From contig OY760183.1 in the NCBI GenBank assembly GCA_963663275.1, positions 3,360,001-3,424,000 on the forward strand: a DNA stretch of 64,000 bases. Direction: 5' to 3'. The notes below the pieces were generated by a model. The model did not search any database and was not told the DNA's origin. It was given only the letters and a program-made list of their open reading frames with translations. The position numbers and the translations under genes are program-made. Every line of letters begins with the position of its first letter. The first letter of the stretch is position 1. This DNA is from Chloroflexota bacterium (lineage in GTDB: Bacteria > Chloroflexota > UBA11872 > VXOZ01). Positions 41,965 through 50,772 of the stretch are shown in pieces.

Positions 41965-43278
41965 TCAGCGTCCCACCACGGTGTCCATGCCCACCAGCGG
42001 CACGTTGGTGATCAGCGAGGCTTCCAGGCTCAGGGCGCGCAGGTCTTCGGCTTCCAGATCGTGCACGTTCGCTTTGCCGCAGGCCCGCGCCAGCAGTTGC
42101 ATCTCCTGCGTCAGCGTGCCGATGAAGTTCGCCAGGTGGTGCGCGGCGTCCTCGAAACCCGGCAGGTCGGCTACCGCCGCGCGCTCCCGGTCAACGGTGG
42201 AATCCTCGCCCGCGCCGGATTTGTGCGCCGCGCCGCCGTCATGCGGCGCGCCGTCCCGTTCGTCGCCGCAGACCGTCTGCCGCGCCCAGGGTTCCAGGGA
42301 AACGAGCGCGGCGGTGCCAATCGAAACGGCGTCCGCGCCCAGGGCCAGGGCTTTCGCCACGTCGGCACCGCTGCGGATGCCGCCGCAGAGGATCAGATTG
42401 ACCTCGTCCTCCAGCCCCAGGTCCTGCAGCGCGCGCCGCGCCTGGCAGACCGCCGCCATGCCGGGCACGCCGGTGTGCTCGTTCAGGATCGCCGGGCCGG
42501 TGGAAGCGCCGGCTTCCATGCCCTCCACGGTCACGATGTCCGCCCCGGCCTTGGCCGCAAGCTGGACGTCGTCGTAGACGTGGGCGGCGCTGATCTTCAC
42601 GATGATCGGCGCTTGCCAATCGGTGGCTTCCCGCAACTCCTCCACCTTCTTGGGCAGGTCGTCAGACCCTACCCAATCGGGGTGCCGCGTCGGCGAATGG
42701 GAAAGCCGCGAGTAGGCCGTCTCCTCCACCGCCCGCGCCGATTGCGCCGCGCCGGAGCTATTGCCGTAGGGCATGCCGATACTGGGGCTCACGCCCCGCA
42801 CGCTGACAAGCTCGATCACGTCGGCCTGGAGCAGGTGCCGCGGCTGGAAGCCGCTGCGGTGCGGCAGCACTTCATAGGAGAGCAGCGACGCGTACGCGCG
42901 TTCTTCCGCCAACATGCCGCCGTGGCCGGTGGTATAGAGAATGCCGGCGCGGGCGGCGCCGTAGGCCAGCGCGGCGCGCACGGCCGGCGGCAGCAACTTC
43001 GCGCCCATGCCCGCGATGGTCACCGGCGTGCTCAACTCCAGCGGCCGCGCGGCAAAGCGCGCCCCCAGGGCGGTGGCGGTGGTGCACTGCTCGTAGAACG
43101 CCTCCAGGGGCACGCGGCTCAGGGAGCACGGGATGAGCGTGAGGTCGTCGAACGTGGGCAGATTGCGGGACCTGCCCGCGCCCCCTACGCGAAAATGCCC
43201 GGTTTCCGCTTTCTCTTGTATTTCGGCGTACACCTGCGGGGTATAGGTCGCGCCTTCCGTCTCTTCGGTTGCTGCCAT
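41965..43278 (-). CDS. FMN-binding glutamate synthase family protein (GlxD/MgsC-like), divergent
   Basis: FDDL....SLSR.PLE, RHPDW, ELREATDW..PI.VK, GGIRSGADVAKALALGADAV, ARACGK...HDLE.EDL. Confidence 0.85.
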   Translation of the reverse strand: MAATEETEGATYTPQVYAEIQEKAETGHFRVGGAGRSRNLPTFDDLTLIPCSLSRVPLEAFYEQCTTATALGARFAARPLELSTPVTIAGMGAKLLPPAVRAALAYGAARAGILYTTGHGGMLAEERAYASLLSYEVLPHRSGFQPRHLLQADVIELVSVRGVSPSIGMPYGNSSGAAQSARAVEETAYSRLSHSPTRHPDWVGSDDLPKKVEELREATDWQAPIIVKISAAHVYDDVQLAAKAGADIVTVEGMEAGASTGPAILNEHTGVPGMAAVCQARRALQDLGLEDEVNLILCGGIRSGADVAKALALGADAVSIGTAALVSLEPWARQTVCGDERDGAPHDGGAAHKSGAGEDSTVDRERAAVADLPGFEDAAHHLANFIGTLTQEMQLLARACGKANVHDLEAEDLRALSLEASLITNVPLVGMDTVVGR

Positions 43279-43286
43279 GGCCGGTA

Positions 43287-43511
43287 TCAACCTCCGGCGC
43301 CTGGGGCGCTCTCTGGGCCGGCGGCGCCAAACGTGCGGAACGGACGCCCGTGCGCCAAGCCGGCGGCGGCGACGATTGCTTCCACGCGCGCGCTCTCTTC
43401 CGGCGTTAGCTCCATTTCCACCACGCCTTCGCCAAGTTGCTCCACCGCGCCGCCGACGAAGATGCGGCCGCCGTTCATGCCGTGGCCCAGCCGCTGGCCG
43501 GCGTTGCCGGT
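43287..43511 (-). pseudogene. 3' fragment of a GXGXG-motif protein (GlxC/GltB3-like); 5' part missing at the junction
   Basis: TGNAGQRLGHGMNGGRIFVGGAVEQLG in the frame of ORF 43287..43622, directly upstream of the GlxD-like gene. Confidence 0.72.
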
Positions 43512-44592
43512 AGCGGCTGAGCTCCAGCCGGGGGAGCCCCTCCAGCGCGCCGGAGACCGTGTCCCAGTCGGCGAGCGGCGCGGGGAAGCCCATCGGCAGG
43601 GCCCCGCGCTCCTCCTTCGCAAGGCGCATCTTCTCCGCGCCGCCTTCCACGTGCCGCGCCGCCTCGACGGTCTCGGAGGGCTCGTTCATCACCACGACGA
43701 CGTCTTCCGGCAGGTGGTCGAGCAGCGTGTGACGCAGCAGGAAGCCGGCGTAGAACGAGGCGTTGTCCAGCGACACCCCGGCGAGCAGGTCGGCCAGTTC
43801 GTCCTGGATGCGGTCGCGCTCCGACGTTCCCGTGTTGGCGAAGTCCAGACCGCGTATCAGTTCGTCGATCCGCTCGTGGTCGGCGATCAGGGGAAGCGTC
43901 TCTCCGGCGGGAAGCACCGTAACCGAGTCCAGGTGCTCGCCGGACCGCTGCGTGTTCGCGTCGAACGCGCGGATCGAGTCGACCTCGTCGCCCCACAGGT
44001 CTATCCGCACGGGGCGGTCGTGCCCCGGCCCGTAGACGTCGACGATGCCGCCGCGCCGCGCCACGGCGCCGGGATGGTCCACCATCGACCCGACGGCGTA
44101 GCCCATGCGCGCCCAGCGGGTCAGCATGGGCTCGACGGCGAGGCGCTGTCCGCGCGTGAGCGTGTGCATCGCGTCCCGCAGCACGGCGGGCGGGAGCGTC
44201 TTCTGCAGGATGCCCGTTACCGACGCGACGATGAGCGCGGGCGCGCCGGCCGTCTGCTGCAGGGCGCCGAGGGCGCGGATGCGCTCGTGCACCGTCCCCG
44301 CTTCCACGGAGAGCCGCTCGTACGGCAGCACCTCCGCCTCCGCGAAGTGCAGCAGCGGAGCGTCCTCGCCGCAGTACGCCTCCAGCTGGTCGAGCAGGCG
44401 CCGCGCGTCGTCAGGATGGGGACAGAGCACCAGCATCGGGCGTCGGAGGTCGCGCCACAGTCCCGCGATCACGAGGGGTTTGGCCGCGTCCGGCGCGACG
44501 GCGGCATGGACGCCGCCGGACGCCACCGCTTCCGTCGTCCGCCTGTAGGCTGACGCCTGCCCAAGCACATCCAGCAGTCCCGTGAGGCTCAA
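43510..44592 (-). pseudogene. mfd: 5' third of transcription-repair coupling factor, truncated
   Basis: E.LPYE, ER.RAL, GY....V..PG..ARRGGIVDV, RIDLWGDEVDSIR.FD..TQRS (UvrB-homology module); no RID, translocase or TRCF domains follow; TTG start after GGAGG. Confidence 0.88.
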
Positions 44593-44754
44593 GCGGTCCC
44601 TCCGTGCTGTCGCGATAGACGCAGACAAGCGCCCCACGCTCAGATATCGAGGGACGCACTCGTCGCCGGTTAGCCCCGGCATGGGGTTGAGTGTAACAGG
44701 CCGCGCTGTCTCGTTGACGGAGCGGGGGCGCGTCGCTAATGTTCCCTGAGGGTT

Positions 44755-46386
44755 ATGTCGCTTTCACGCTCCCTCCCCATCGCCCGTCTCGCGGCGGTCG
44801 CCTCGTGGCGGCTGCTGCCGTGCGCCGGACTCGCGTGCGCGGCGCTTCTCGTCGCGTCGGCGTGCAGCACGGACGAGCCGACCCCTACTCCTGCGCCTGA
44901 GCCGACGCCGACCCCCACGGTCACGCCGACGCCCGTGCCGACGCCGACGTTCACGCCCGCGCCTCCAACGGCGACGCCGACGCCGAGCCCGACCCCCACC
45001 GCCACTCCGGTCCCGCCGACGGCGACGCCCACTCCCGTTCCGCCCACCCATACGCCCACACCCATCCCGCCCACGCGCACTCCCACGCCGCCGCCCACCG
45101 CAACGGCAACCCCGACCGCCACGGCCACTCCCCTCCCGAAGCCGTGGACCGCGTTCAGGCCCGGCTGGTGGCGTGTGGACGTGGACGTCGTCCCCGGCGT
45201 GTACGTGAGCGAGAGCCTCACCCGGAACTGCGAGTGGATCCGCGCGCATAACGTCCGTGCCCGCGAGGGCGAGGTCATCGCCTCCGGTTCGGCGGACAGC
45301 GGCGTGTTGCGCGTGGCGGTCCTGCCCACCGACACGGCCATCATCACCTCGACCGGCTGCGGCACGTGGACGCTCGAAACGCCCGCAAGCAACCCGCCGC
45401 CCCAGGACTCCGCCTTCTCCCGGCGCAATCAGCCCACGATGCTGAGCAGCAGCGGCGACCACACCTGCGCGCTCCGGCCGGACATGACCGTCGTCTGCTG
45501 GGGGAGCGATGTCTACGAACAGTCGTCGCCCGAGAAGCTCAAGGACAAGAACGACGAACCGCTCCCTCCGGAGGAGCTGCTCTTCACGTCCATCAGCGCG
45601 GGCAGTTTCAACACGTGCGGACTGCGCCCGGACCTCACCTTGCTCTGCTGGGGCGACGACAGCGAAGGGCAGTCGACCCCGCGCGTGCGGGCCACGCCCG
45701 GTATCGGCGATTTCTTCATCGGCCTGGATGTCGGCGCGCTCCACGGGTGCGCGGTGCGCCGCGACTTCACTCCCGTCTGCTGGGGCAGCAACGGGCCTCA
45801 ACTCGCAGGCGTCCCGACTCCCACGCCCGCCAGCACCGACCCGGACTACTGGGACGGCCTGAAGCGCGCCGACCCGCCGCCGAACGAGCGGTTCGACGTG
45901 ATCAGCAGCGGTGGCCAGCACACCTGCGCGCTCCGCAGGGACGGCTCCGCCGTCTGCTGGGGCGACGCTCGCTACGGGCAGACCACGCCGCCGGAGGGCG
46001 GTAAGTACACCGCCATCAGCGCCGGCGGGCTGCACACGTGCGCCATCGATACGGACGGGGCAGCCGTCTGCTGGGGTGCCGACGGGATGGGACAGGCGTC
46101 GCCGCCGCAGGGGGTCAACTTCGGCGCTGTCAGCAGCGGCATCCGGCATACCTGCGCGCTGCGGTCTGACGGGGCAGCCGTCTGCTGGGGCAGCGACGCG
46201 CAGGGGCAGTCGTCCCCGCCGGACCCGGACGCCCGGTACGCGGCCATCAGCAGCGGCGGCGTGCACACCTGCGCGTTGGAGGTGCACGGGACGGCGGTCT
46301 GCTGGGGACGGGATGCGTACGGCCAGGCGTCGCCGCCGGAAGGCGAGAAGTTCGCCGTGGGCCGCACGGGAGCGGTGCAGGGCTGA
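44755..46386 (+). CDS. Lipoprotein with Pro/Thr-rich stalk and seven RCC1/BLIP-II-like repeats
   Basis: LVASAC lipobox, PTPT tract, seven repeats of S.G..HTCAL..DG..VCWG. Confidence 0.85.
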   Translation: MSLSRSLPIARLAAVASWRLLPCAGLACAALLVASACSTDEPTPTPAPEPTPTPTVTPTPVPTPTFTPAPPTATPTPSPTPTATPVPPTATPTPVPPTHTPTPIPPTRTPTPPPTATATPTATATPLPKPWTAFRPGWWRVDVDVVPGVYVSESLTRNCEWIRAHNVRAREGEVIASGSADSGVLRVAVLPTDTAIITSTGCGTWTLETPASNPPPQDSAFSRRNQPTMLSSSGDHTCALRPDMTVVCWGSDVYEQSSPEKLKDKNDEPLPPEELLFTSISAGSFNTCGLRPDLTLLCWGDDSEGQSTPRVRATPGIGDFFIGLDVGALHGCAVRRDFTPVCWGSNGPQLAGVPTPTPASTDPDYWDGLKRADPPPNERFDVISSGGQHTCALRRDGSAVCWGDARYGQTTPPEGGKYTAISAGGLHTCAIDTDGAAVCWGADGMGQASPPQGVNFGAVSSGIRHTCALRSDGAAVCWGSDAQGQSSPPDPDARYAAISSGGVHTCALEVHGTAVCWGRDAYGQASPPEGEKFAVGRTGAVQG

Positions 46387-46480
46387 GCCTTCGGAACCTG
46401 GTGACATCCGCCTGTTGCGCGTTCCGGCGCCCGCCTGACATGATGTCTCCGGCGGCACAGGACGGAGCGACACGTCGGGG

Positions 46481-46520
46481 AGAGCCCCGGTCTGAGAGAG
46501 ACCGGGGCTCTTTCGCGTTT
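46481..46520 (+). terminator. Intrinsic-terminator-like hairpin upstream of the portal gene
   Basis: Perfect 13-bp stem AGAGCCCCGGTCT/AGACCGGGGCTCT followed by TTCGCGTTT. Confidence 0.68.
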
Positions 46521-46566
46521 CGCGAACGTGCGCCGCACACACAGGGACCGGCAAAGGAGGCTGGAG

Positions 46567-47742
46567 ATGCTGGAAACGTTGCGGGAAGTTATGGACGGTA
46601 TCGCGGTGCGGCGGGCGAATGCCCCGCTTGCCGCGTCGCTGCGGACGCTCGCGCCCGACAGGGGCGTGGGGCAGGAGTGGCAGTCGACCGGCTACGGCGA
46701 GTACTACGCGAGGAGCGCCGACGTATACGCGGCGGTGAAGCTCCGTGCGGAGGCGGCGTCCCGTCCGCCGCTGCAGGTGCGGGAGGTCGATGCCTCAGGC
46801 GCGTGGCGCTGGGTGGGGCCGGAGCATCCGGCGCAGCGGCTGCTCGATACGGTCAACGGCTGGTGGAGCAGGAGCGACCTGCTCATCGCCACGGAGACGT
46901 ACCTCTGCTTGTGGGGCGCCGCGTTCTGGTACCTCGGACGCTCGGCGAAAGCGTCAGCGTCCGGCGCGCCGGACGAGATATGGGCGCTGCGCCCCGACCG
47001 TGTGCGGGTCGTGCGCGACCCGGAGCGGTACGTCGCGGGGTTCGTCTACGAGGAGCGGGGACGGGAGACAGCGCTCTTGCCGGAGGAGGTGGTCTGGTTC
47101 CGCTACTTCAACCCGCTGGAGGAGTTCGCCGGGTTCGCGCCGATGGCAGCCGCGCGGCTCACCGCCGACATGGGCATGGACGCGCTGCGGTTCAACCGCG
47201 AGTTCTTCCGCAACGGCGCGCAGCCGCAGGACCTCGTCTTCCGTGCGAGCGGGCCCGTCACCGACGGCCAGCTCACCGAGTTCTTCTCGAAGCTGGAAGC
47301 CCGCCACACCGGGCCGGGCCGGGCGCATCGACCGCTCGTCACCGGCGACGCCTGGGAAGTGCAGCGGCTGGGGCTGAACCAGCGGGACATGGAGTGGCTC
47401 GCCGGACTGCGGTGGAGCCTGGAGGGCGTCGCGCGCGTATACGGCGTCCCGCTGCCGCTGCTGGAGGACTTCAGCCACGCGACGCTCAACAACGTGCGGG
47501 AGGCGCGCCGCATGTTCTGGGAGAAGACGATGGTACCGGAGCTGACGTTCCTCGCGAGCGCGATCAACGAGGGCCTGATGCCGAGGCTCGGCCCGTCGGC
47601 GCGGGGGCTGTCCGTGGCGTTCGACCTCACGCAGGTCGAGGCCCTGTCGGAGACGGAGAGCGAGCGCACCAAGCGGCAGGTGGCGCTCGTGCAGGCAGGC
47701 ATCCTCACGGCGGAGGAGGCACGACGGGAGCGCGGGCTCTAG
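46567..47742 (+). CDS. Phage portal protein, HK97 family, solitary
   Basis: VYAAV...A, HP...LL, L.L.G.AFW, LRPDRV, EEVVWFR..NP.....G.APM, FF.NGA.P, VARVYGVP..LL, T.NN, GILT..EAR...GL; RBS AAGGAGG. Confidence 0.9.
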   Translation: MLETLREVMDGIAVRRANAPLAASLRTLAPDRGVGQEWQSTGYGEYYARSADVYAAVKLRAEAASRPPLQVREVDASGAWRWVGPEHPAQRLLDTVNGWWSRSDLLIATETYLCLWGAAFWYLGRSAKASASGAPDEIWALRPDRVRVVRDPERYVAGFVYEERGRETALLPEEVVWFRYFNPLEEFAGFAPMAAARLTADMGMDALRFNREFFRNGAQPQDLVFRASGPVTDGQLTEFFSKLEARHTGPGRAHRPLVTGDAWEVQRLGLNQRDMEWLAGLRWSLEGVARVYGVPLPLLEDFSHATLNNVREARRMFWEKTMVPELTFLASAINEGLMPRLGPSARGLSVAFDLTQVEALSETESERTKRQVALVQAGILTAEEARRERGL

Positions 47743-47772
47743 CCCCGCTCGCGCCCGTCCGGCGTCGCCCCG

Positions 47773-48510
47773 TCATGCGGGAGGAACACCCGTGGCGGGG
47801 CAGAGGTGGTCATAAGCGCTCTTGAAGTCTGCGAGGGTGTCGATGTCGGTCCAGAAGAGGCCCTCTATGTCGCGCGTCGTGACTCCGCACGGCGTGTTTG
47901 CCAGGTGCTGCATCACGCGGCTCAGCTCCAGTGCAGCGCCATCCTGCGCATAGAGGTGGTCGAGGGTGGCGAAGATGGACGGCTGGAAGACGAAGACGCC
48001 GATGTCCACGGCGTTCCAGCGCCGCAGCCCCTTGCCGATGCGCCGGAGGAAGCCGTCGCCGTCCACCAGCACCTTCGTCGCGTCGCTCAACTGGCTCTCC
48101 ATCGACGCAGCCGAGTCCACGCCCAGCATCGCCGGATGCTCGCACTCTCCCATCAGCCGGACGGCAACACCCGGCTCGATGATGTGGTCGCTCATCGCCA
48201 GCATGAACGGCCCGCCTCCCGCGAAGTCCCGCGCGGCGCGGACCGAGACCGCGTTGCCGCCCTCGAACTCCGGGTTGTGGATGAACTCCAGCCGCACCCC
48301 GTCGGGCGCCCAATCGACGAGTCCTTCCATGATCTGCTCCGCCCGGTAGCCGACGACGATGCCGACCTCCCTGATGCCTGCCTCCGCCATGGCGGTGAGC
48401 GGGTACCAGATGAGCGGACGCTCTCTCAGATGTATCAGCGGCTTCGGCGTCCGGTACGTGAATGGCCGGAGTCTGCCGCCGTCACCGGCAGCGAGGATCA
48501 CTCCCTGCAT
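47773..48510 (-). CDS. Nucleotidyltransferase (phosphocholine/inositol-1-phosphate cytidylyltransferase-like)
   Basis: ILAAGDGGRL, PKPL, GNAVS, MSDH, DATKV, VDIG.F, WTDIDT..D; RBS AAGGAG. Confidence 0.88.
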   Translation of the reverse strand: MQGVILAAGDGGRLRPFTYRTPKPLIHLRERPLIWYPLTAMAEAGIREVGIVVGYRAEQIMEGLVDWAPDGVRLEFIHNPEFEGGNAVSVRAARDFAGGGPFMLAMSDHIIEPGVAVRLMGECEHPAMLGVDSAASMESQLSDATKVLVDGDGFLRRIGKGLRRWNAVDIGVFVFQPSIFATLDHLYAQDGAALELSRVMQHLANTPCGVTTRDIEGLFWTDIDTLADFKSAYDHLCPATGVPPA

Positions 48511-48615
48511 GGCACGCTCCTTCAGCGTTGTGCTATAGAAGCCTCTCCGCCGGGGGATGGCGGAAGGCGGCGCCCTCATGCTCGCGAGGGCGTGTGAGAG
48601 AACAGCCTGAGGCGG

Positions 48616-50646
48616 TTAAGCCCTGGCCAGCTCCTGGGACCCCTCCACTATCTTCGGAGTCAGGTGCGCAGGGACCTCGCCGTAATGGTCGAACTGCATG
48701 GAGAGGGTCCCGCGTCCCTGTGTGAGCGCGCGCAGATGGGTGGAGTACTGCTGCGCCTCCGATTGAGGCACCTCGGCCTCGATGTGTGCGACGCCGCCCA
48801 CCGGGGTCATGCCCGATATGTGCGCGCGCCGTGTATTCAGGTCGCTCACCACCGCGCCGGCGAACTGCTCCGGCGTCTCGATGGCCATGCGCATCACCGG
48901 CTCGAGCAACGTGGGGGAGGCTTCCACGACTCCTTTCTTCATCGCCATGCTGCCGGCTATCTCGAAACTCTGGCCGGACGAGTCCACGGAATGCGAACTC
49001 CCGTCCGTGAGGACGACCTTCACGTCCACGATGGGGAAGCCCGCGAGTGCGCCCTCCTCCATCGTCTTGTGTATGCCCTTCTCCACGGCGGGGATGTACT
49101 CGCGCGGCACGTTCCCGCCTACGACCTCGGAGGCGAACTCGAAACCCTCGCCCCTGGCGCGGGGCTCCAGCCGGAGCAGCACGTGCCCGTACTGGCCGTG
49201 GCCGCCGGTCTGCTTCTTGTGCTTGTATTCGACGTTCGTTGTCCGGGAGATGGTCTCGCGGTACGCCACGCGCGGCGCGGCGAGCTCCAGCTCGACGCCG
49301 AACTTCCGCTTCGCGCGCTCCGCCATCACTTCTACGTGCGTGTTGCCCTGGCCCGCGATGACCAGCTCGGACGTCGCCTGGTCGCGGTTGAGCACCAGCG
49401 ACGGGTCTTCTTCCGTAAGCCGGGCGAGCGACGAGGAGAGCTTCTCCAGGTCGGCCTTGCTCTTGGGGTGCACGGCGATGCGGAAGACGGGCTCCGGGTA
49501 CTCCACGCGGGGCAGCGAAATGGCATCCGCCTTGGAGGTGAGCGTGTCTCCGGTGACGGCGTGCGCCAGTTTCGAGACGCTGCCGATGTCGCCGGCGGCG
49601 AGGCTCGCGACGCTCTCCTGCTTCTTGCCCACGGGAACGAACACCTGCCCGATGCGCTCGGTGTTGCCCGATCCGGTGTCGAACACCTCGCTGTTCGCGG
49701 AGAACGTGCCGCTCATCACGCGGAAGAACGAGAGCTTGCCGACGAACGGGTCGGCGGTCGTCTTGAAGATGAAGGCTGCGAGCGGGCCGTTCGCGTCGGC
49801 GGTCAGTTCCACGTCCGCGCCGCCCTTCGTGGCCTGCACGGCCGGTACGTCGGCAGGGGAGGGGACGTAGCTCACGATGGCGTCCATCAGCTCCCCGATG
49901 CCCAGTTCGGTGGTGGAAGAGCCGGCCAGCACGGGGACGGTCTGCCCTGTGCGGACGCCGATGCTCAGCCCCTGGGCTATCTCCTCGTCGCTGAGCTCGC
50001 CTTCGTCCAGGAACTTCATCGTCAGGTCGTCGTCGGTCTCCGCTACGGCCTCCCCGAGCTGGTCCTTCGCCGTTGCGATGGCGTCCTCCATCCCGGCGGG
50101 CGCGCTGCCCGAGACGCAACTGGCGACGCCGCTGAAAGAGGACTCCGCGCCGATGGGGAGGTTGATGGGCGCGCACCGGCTCCCGAACTGTGAGCGGACC
50201 TGGGCCATCGTGGCCTCATAGTCGGCATGCTCGCGGTCCATCTTGTTGACGAAGACGATGGTGGGGATGCCTAGGTCGCGGACGCGTTGCCACGCGATCT
50301 CCGCGCCGACTTCCACCCCGCTGGGGGCGGAGAGCACGATTACCGCGGCGTCGGCGGCGCGCAGCGCGGAGACGGTCTCGCCCAGGAAGTCCGCATAGCC
50401 GGGGGTGTCGATCACGTTGATCTTCACGCCCTTCCAGACGCACGGGAGCACTGCGAGCTGCAGGCTGGTCTGCCTGCGATGTTCTTCAGGCTCGAAGTCG
50501 GAGGCGGTGTTGCCGTCCTCGACACGCCCCGGCCGGTTGATGGCCTGGGTCGCGTGGAGCATCGCTTCGGCGAGTGACGTCTTGCCTGCGCCTGAGTGCG
50601 CCAGGAGTACTATGTTGCGGATCTGCTGCGTCGTGAATTGGTCCAC
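48616..50646 (-). CDS. fusA: Elongation factor G-like protein (EF-G2 type)
   Basis: IRNI, AHSGAGKTS (non-canonical G1), DTPGYADF, NKMD, EEDPS, YRETI, KKQTGGHGQYG, LLEP; GTG start. Confidence 0.93.
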   Translation of the reverse strand: MDQFTTQQIRNIVLLAHSGAGKTSLAEAMLHATQAINRPGRVEDGNTASDFEPEEHRRQTSLQLAVLPCVWKGVKINVIDTPGYADFLGETVSALRAADAAVIVLSAPSGVEVGAEIAWQRVRDLGIPTIVFVNKMDREHADYEATMAQVRSQFGSRCAPINLPIGAESSFSGVASCVSGSAPAGMEDAIATAKDQLGEAVAETDDDLTMKFLDEGELSDEEIAQGLSIGVRTGQTVPVLAGSSTTELGIGELMDAIVSYVPSPADVPAVQATKGGADVELTADANGPLAAFIFKTTADPFVGKLSFFRVMSGTFSANSEVFDTGSGNTERIGQVFVPVGKKQESVASLAAGDIGSVSKLAHAVTGDTLTSKADAISLPRVEYPEPVFRIAVHPKSKADLEKLSSSLARLTEEDPSLVLNRDQATSELVIAGQGNTHVEVMAERAKRKFGVELELAAPRVAYRETISRTTNVEYKHKKQTGGHGQYGHVLLRLEPRARGEGFEFASEVVGGNVPREYIPAVEKGIHKTMEEGALAGFPIVDVKVVLTDGSSHSVDSSGQSFEIAGSMAMKKGVVEASPTLLEPVMRMAIETPEQFAGAVVSDLNTRRAHISGMTPVGGVAHIEAEVPQSEAQQYSTHLRALTQGRGTLSMQFDHYGEVPAHLTPKIVEGSQELARA

Positions 50647-50772
50647 GATAGGCGCCTCCCCTGTAACGCCGGAGTGGGTTGTGCAGCGCATAATAGTTAT
50701 CAGGCCATGAACGTGCAACGCACAAACGGCAGAGCAGCCGCGGGCGCCCTCAAGTTGAGACAAGGCTGACCG

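Noticed and set aside
41965-44682. 905-aa ORF that looks like a novel Mfd-glutamate synthase fusion
   Set aside because: The linker is an out-of-frame read of a glxC-like fragment and the GlxD-like gene has its own start at 43278; the fusion is a by-product of the 43510 junction.
44755-50646. Prophage around the portal gene
   Set aside because: Neighbours are host-type genes; no other phage genes, integrase or att-like repeats were seen.
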